DNA from: Candidatus Omnitrophota bacterium
Lineage (GTDB): Bacteria; Omnitrophota; Gorgyraeia; 2-01-FULL-45-10
Direction of reading: 5' to 3'
Assembly: GCA_022703295.1 (NCBI GenBank)
Contig: JAKLDX010000001.1
Location: forward strand, 1-37,600
Length of the DNA: 37,600 bases
In this document: one piece after another, positions 34,857 to 37,600 of the stretch
Layout of the letters: each line of letters starts with the position of its first letter
How positions within the stretch are numbered: position 1 is the stretch's first letter
Made by a program: the position numbers and the translations under genes
The notes under the pieces: model-generated
Database searches by the model: none
Told to the model about the DNA's origin: nothing
Seen by the model: the letters and a program-made list of their open reading frames with translations, nothing else

Positions 34857-36098
34857 ATGCACAATTCAAAAGAATTTAAAATACCTATAGGTCCGCAGCA
34901 TCCGGCGCTCAAAGAACCGGAGAGTTTCAGTGTTGCGCTGAGAGGCGAAAAGATACTCGGCGTTGACATAAGGCTGGGGTACAACCACCGCGGCATAGAA
35001 AAGGCCTGCGAGGAAAGAAGCTATGTGCAGGACATATATCTCATAGAGAGAATATGCGGAATATGTTCGCATGCCCACGCGACTGCCTTTATCCAGGCGG
35101 TCGAAGAGATCGCGCACCTGGCAGTGCCCGAGAGGGCTCTGTACATCCGCACTTTGGTCGGTGAGCTTGAGCGCGTGCACAGCCATCTTCTCTGGCTTGG
35201 CGTTGCGGGGCACGAAATAGGCTTTGACACGCTCTTAATGTATACATGGCGCGACAGGGAGATAGTGATGGATATACTGGCGGACCTGACCGGCAACCGC
35301 GTCAATTACGGGATAAATTCCATCGGCGGCGTAAGGCGCGATATCAGCCCTGCCCAGGTCAAAGATGTGTTAAAGGCCGTAGATAAGCTCGAAGAGAGGA
35401 CCAAATATTATATAGAAGTGGCCACCGAAGAGACGACCATTATCAAAAGGTTGTCGGGAGTCGGCGTGCTGGCTTACGATGACGCGATAAAGCTGGATGC
35501 CGTCGGGCCGACAGCCCGCGCTTCAGGTGTCGCACGCGACGTGAGGCGCGATGACCCGTATGCTGCATATGACAAGATACAATTTAATGTGATAACGGAC
35601 ACTCACAGCGATGTTTACGGGCGGACCGTTGTAAGGGTGAAGGAGCTTATGGAGTCTTACGGCATGATCCGCGAGATCCTTAAGAAGATGCCCGAAGGGC
35701 CCATAGCCATAAAAGCCCCGCCGCGAAGGATACCTGCGGGAGAGGCAATAAGCCGGTATGAGGCGCCGCGCGGGGAGGATGTCCATTACGTAAAATCCAA
35801 CGGCACGGAAAAACCGGAGAGGGTGAAGGTGCGCGCACCGACGCTGGCGAACGTCCAGGCCGTAAAGCATATGCTTAAGGACAGGTTCCTGGCAGATATG
35901 CCTATAGTTATAGCGGCGATAGACCCTTGTTTTTCCTGCACAGACAGGTCGATAGCGATCGAGGACGGCAAAAGCAGAAAGAAAAATGTTATGACCTGGC
36001 AGGAGCTGCACGACTACAGCATTAAGTGGCATCGCGAGAGAGGGTTTGATCCCGCGGAGATAAACAGAAAATTTCACAAGACAATGGAAGGCAAATAA
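34857..36098 (+). CDS. Group 4 [NiFe]-hydrogenase large (catalytic) subunit (NuoD/HycE/MbhL family) with a 49-aa C-terminal tail
   Basis: The N-terminal motif RICGICSHAH and the C-terminal motif DPCFSCTDR retain all four Ni-Fe ligand cysteines. A 49-residue extension follows the motif Arg. Confidence 0.88.
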   Translation: MHNSKEFKIPIGPQHPALKEPESFSVALRGEKILGVDIRLGYNHRGIEKACEERSYVQDIYLIERICGICSHAHATAFIQAVEEIAHLAVPERALYIRTLVGELERVHSHLLWLGVAGHEIGFDTLLMYTWRDREIVMDILADLTGNRVNYGINSIGGVRRDISPAQVKDVLKAVDKLEERTKYYIEVATEETTIIKRLSGVGVLAYDDAIKLDAVGPTARASGVARDVRRDDPYAAYDKIQFNVITDTHSDVYGRTVVRVKELMESYGMIREILKKMPEGPIAIKAPPRRIPAGEAISRYEAPRGEDVHYVKSNGTEKPERVKVRAPTLANVQAVKHMLKDRFLADMPIVIAAIDPCFSCTDRSIAIEDGKSRKKNVMTWQELHDYSIKWHRERGFDPAEINRKFHKTMEGK

Positions 36099-36101
36099 AT
36101 A

Positions 36102-37043
36102 ATGTTAGCGTCGTTAATTTATATTTTAATATTTCCCGGGTTTGCCTTCTTGGGCGTTTTCGGCCTGTTCGCCGAATTCTTTGACCGGAAACTTTACGCA
36201 AGACTTCAGAACAGGGTAGGTCCTCCGTGGTTCCAGCCGTTTGCCGACTTCATAAAACTTCTTGGAAAAGAAGAGATCGTTCCTTGCGACGCGAATCCGG
36301 CGATGTTTACGCTGGTGCCGGTCATTGCGCTTTCGACGGTTGTCGCAGCCTTTCTTTACATACCCTTATGGAATACGACGTCTCTCTTATCGTTCAACGG
36401 TGACATAATAGTTATCCTGTATCTCTTAACCATTCCCACCCTTGCGTTTTTTATCGGAGGATGGTACTCGAGTTCGCTGTTCGCGCGGATAGGCTCTGTG
36501 CGCGCCGTGACCCAGCTTTTTGCCTATGAGGTTCCGCTCTTCATAGGCATACTGTCGGCAGCGCTGCTTGCAAATACATGGTCCTTATCCGAAATAATGA
36601 CGTTTTATAATAAGTCACCGGTGCTTGCCCTATTCAATATCCTCGGTTTCGGAGTTTCTCTTATAGCGCTTTTAGGGAAACTCGAAAAAGTCCCGTTTGA
36701 TATACCAGAGGCCGAAACAGAGATCGTCGCCGGAGCCTTTACCGAATACAGCGGAAAATTCCTTGCCCTGCTGAGGCTGACCCTTGACGTAGAAATGGTC
36801 GCGGGCGCGGCGCTATTGGCCGCGGTATTTCTGCCGTTCGGCCTGGGGGCAAACCCGGTAATAGGTTTTATTTTCTTCATAGCGAAAGTCCTATTTGTAA
36901 TAGCGCTGATCACTCTGCTGCGTACGGTTTTTGCGAGATTGCGCATAGATCAGATGATAAGCTTCTGCTGGAAGCGTATGGTTCCCGTAGCTATTTTGCA
37001 ATTGTTGATATGCCTTATACTAAAAGGGGTGATCCAGCGATGA
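36102..37043 (+). CDS. NuoH / HycD / MbhM-like membrane subunit
   Basis: 313 aa, 8 TM. Motifs: RKLYARLQNRVGP, PFDIPEAETEIVAG. Confidence 0.85.
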   Translation: MLASLIYILIFPGFAFLGVFGLFAEFFDRKLYARLQNRVGPPWFQPFADFIKLLGKEEIVPCDANPAMFTLVPVIALSTVVAAFLYIPLWNTTSLLSFNGDIIVILYLLTIPTLAFFIGGWYSSSLFARIGSVRAVTQLFAYEVPLFIGILSAALLANTWSLSEIMTFYNKSPVLALFNILGFGVSLIALLGKLEKVPFDIPEAETEIVAGAFTEYSGKFLALLRLTLDVEMVAGAALLAAVFLPFGLGANPVIGFIFFIAKVLFVIALITLLRTVFARLRIDQMISFCWKRMVPVAILQLLICLILKGVIQR

Positions 37044-37438
37044 GGCCGGGAAAAATGATAATGGAGGTTCTGAGGTCTATCCTGAAAAAACCGGCGACCA
37101 ATCTTTATCCTGCCGAGAAACTAGAAATGGCGGAAAAATACAGGGGGGAGCTGAAATTCTATCCTGAGCGCTGCATAGGCTGCAAGCTATGCATGAGAGA
37201 TTGCCCGACGGGAGCGATAACCATCCGTAAGGTTGGCGAAAAGAAATTCGAGGCGGAGATCGACCTCGGAAAGTGCATATATTGCGGCCAATGCGTAGAC
37301 TCCTGTCTGAAGAAAGCCCTCGAAATTACGAAGCATATCGAGCTGGCACAGCTGGACCCTAAAAAGTTGAAGGTGGTATTTGGACACGAGCAAGCTGGAG
37401 AAAGCCCTGAAAAGCCGTCTCAGGGGGCCGCAGAATAG
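37040..37438 (+). CDS. NuoI-like 2x[4Fe-4S] ferredoxin subunit
   Basis: ATG 37040 forms an ATGA overlap with the upstream stop. Cluster motifs: CIGCKLCMRDCP and CIYCGQCVDSC. Confidence 0.85.
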   Translation: MRPGKMIMEVLRSILKKPATNLYPAEKLEMAEKYRGELKFYPERCIGCKLCMRDCPTGAITIRKVGEKKFEAEIDLGKCIYCGQCVDSCLKKALEITKHIELAQLDPKKLKVVFGHEQAGESPEKPSQGAAE

Positions 37439-37490
37439 GATCGCGATCCTCGGGATCGGTTCCGAGTTAAGAGGCGACGATGTAGCCGGG
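37380..37490 (+). CDS. Hydrogenase maturation endopeptidase (HycI/FrhD-like), N-terminal fragment only
   Basis: TTG 37380 lies 3 nt after AAGGTGG and overlaps the end of the nuoI-like gene. Translation: ..LEKALKSRLRGPQNRIAILGIGSELRGDDVAG, which contains the G-I-G-x-x-L-x-G-D-D signature. The frame then runs into foreign-looking high-GC sequence. Confidence 0.5.
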
Positions 37491-37600
37491 ATGGGCCAGC
37501 ACCGCCTCGCCGCCGGCGCGGACGATCATGGCGATGGCGTCGGCCATGGGCAGCTTGGGGACGTGGATGGGGACGGCGGCGCTGACCGAGAGCCACCTGG
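37467..37600 (-). CDS. Fragment resembling the C-proximal part of a PHP-domain phosphoesterase (high-GC, runs off the window)
   Basis: The minus-strand translation ..VPIHVPKLPMADAIAMIVRAGGEAVLAHPGYIVAS* contains the AGG-x-AVLAHPG pattern typical of PHP (TrpH/YciV-like) proteins. The segment is 74% GC, versus ~47% for its neighbours. Confidence 0.35.
   Translation of the reverse strand, partial: RWLSVSAAVPIHVPKLPMADAIAMIVRAGGEAVLAHPGYIVAS

Noticed and set aside
28030-37438. Annotation as respiratory complex I (nuo operon)
   Set aside because: There are no NuoE/F/G genes. The NuoD-like subunit keeps all four Ni-Fe ligand cysteines. A hydrogenase maturation protease gene follows. MrpB/MrpC-like subunits are present. 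All of this points to a group 4 hydrogenase.

Overview
The window is about 37.6 kb of bacterial chromosome, probably from an uncultivated anaerobe (taxonomy is inference only). By hand counts, most of it is roughly 45-52% GC. Reading 5' to 3':

(1) Positions 1-1000 are non-coding and unusually rich in hairpins and repeats. They contain one clear tRNA-Val(GAC) at 230-306.

(2) Positions ~1020-3870 form an AT-rich three-gene island, about 23-35% GC in sampled lines. It encodes a TIR-like/nucleoside-2-deoxyribosyltransferase-like protein with a C-terminal wHTH-like tail. A single-pass membrane protein is translationally coupled to it, and a DUF2971-type protein follows. Copies of a ~45-nt repeat in inverted orientation bracket the island. 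This is my best candidate for an undescribed conflict/defence system.

(3) Positions 4.2-14.5 kb are a dense envelope-glycosylation locus. It has about five polytopic GT-C-like membrane proteins, two Dpm1/ArnC-like GT2 enzymes, a SAM methyltransferase and an extended SDR.

(4) Positions 14.5-28 kb are housekeeping and accessory genes: a SYLF protein, an orphan PAS histidine kinase, GalT-like, a protein with a duplicated domain, an APC permease, homospermidine synthase, DUF2062, CstA, DedA, an HEXXH protein and a GT2.

(5) Positions 28.0-37.4 kb are an 11-gene Mrp/Mbh-type group 4 [NiFe]-hydrogenase operon. The start of a maturation protease gene follows it.

(6) The last ~110 nt jump to ~74% GC and read as a PHP-domain fragment on the opposite strand. 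This suggests a chimeric junction or foreign segment.

No CRISPR array, rRNA, transposase or integrase was seen. All domain calls come from motif recognition by eye, not from searches.
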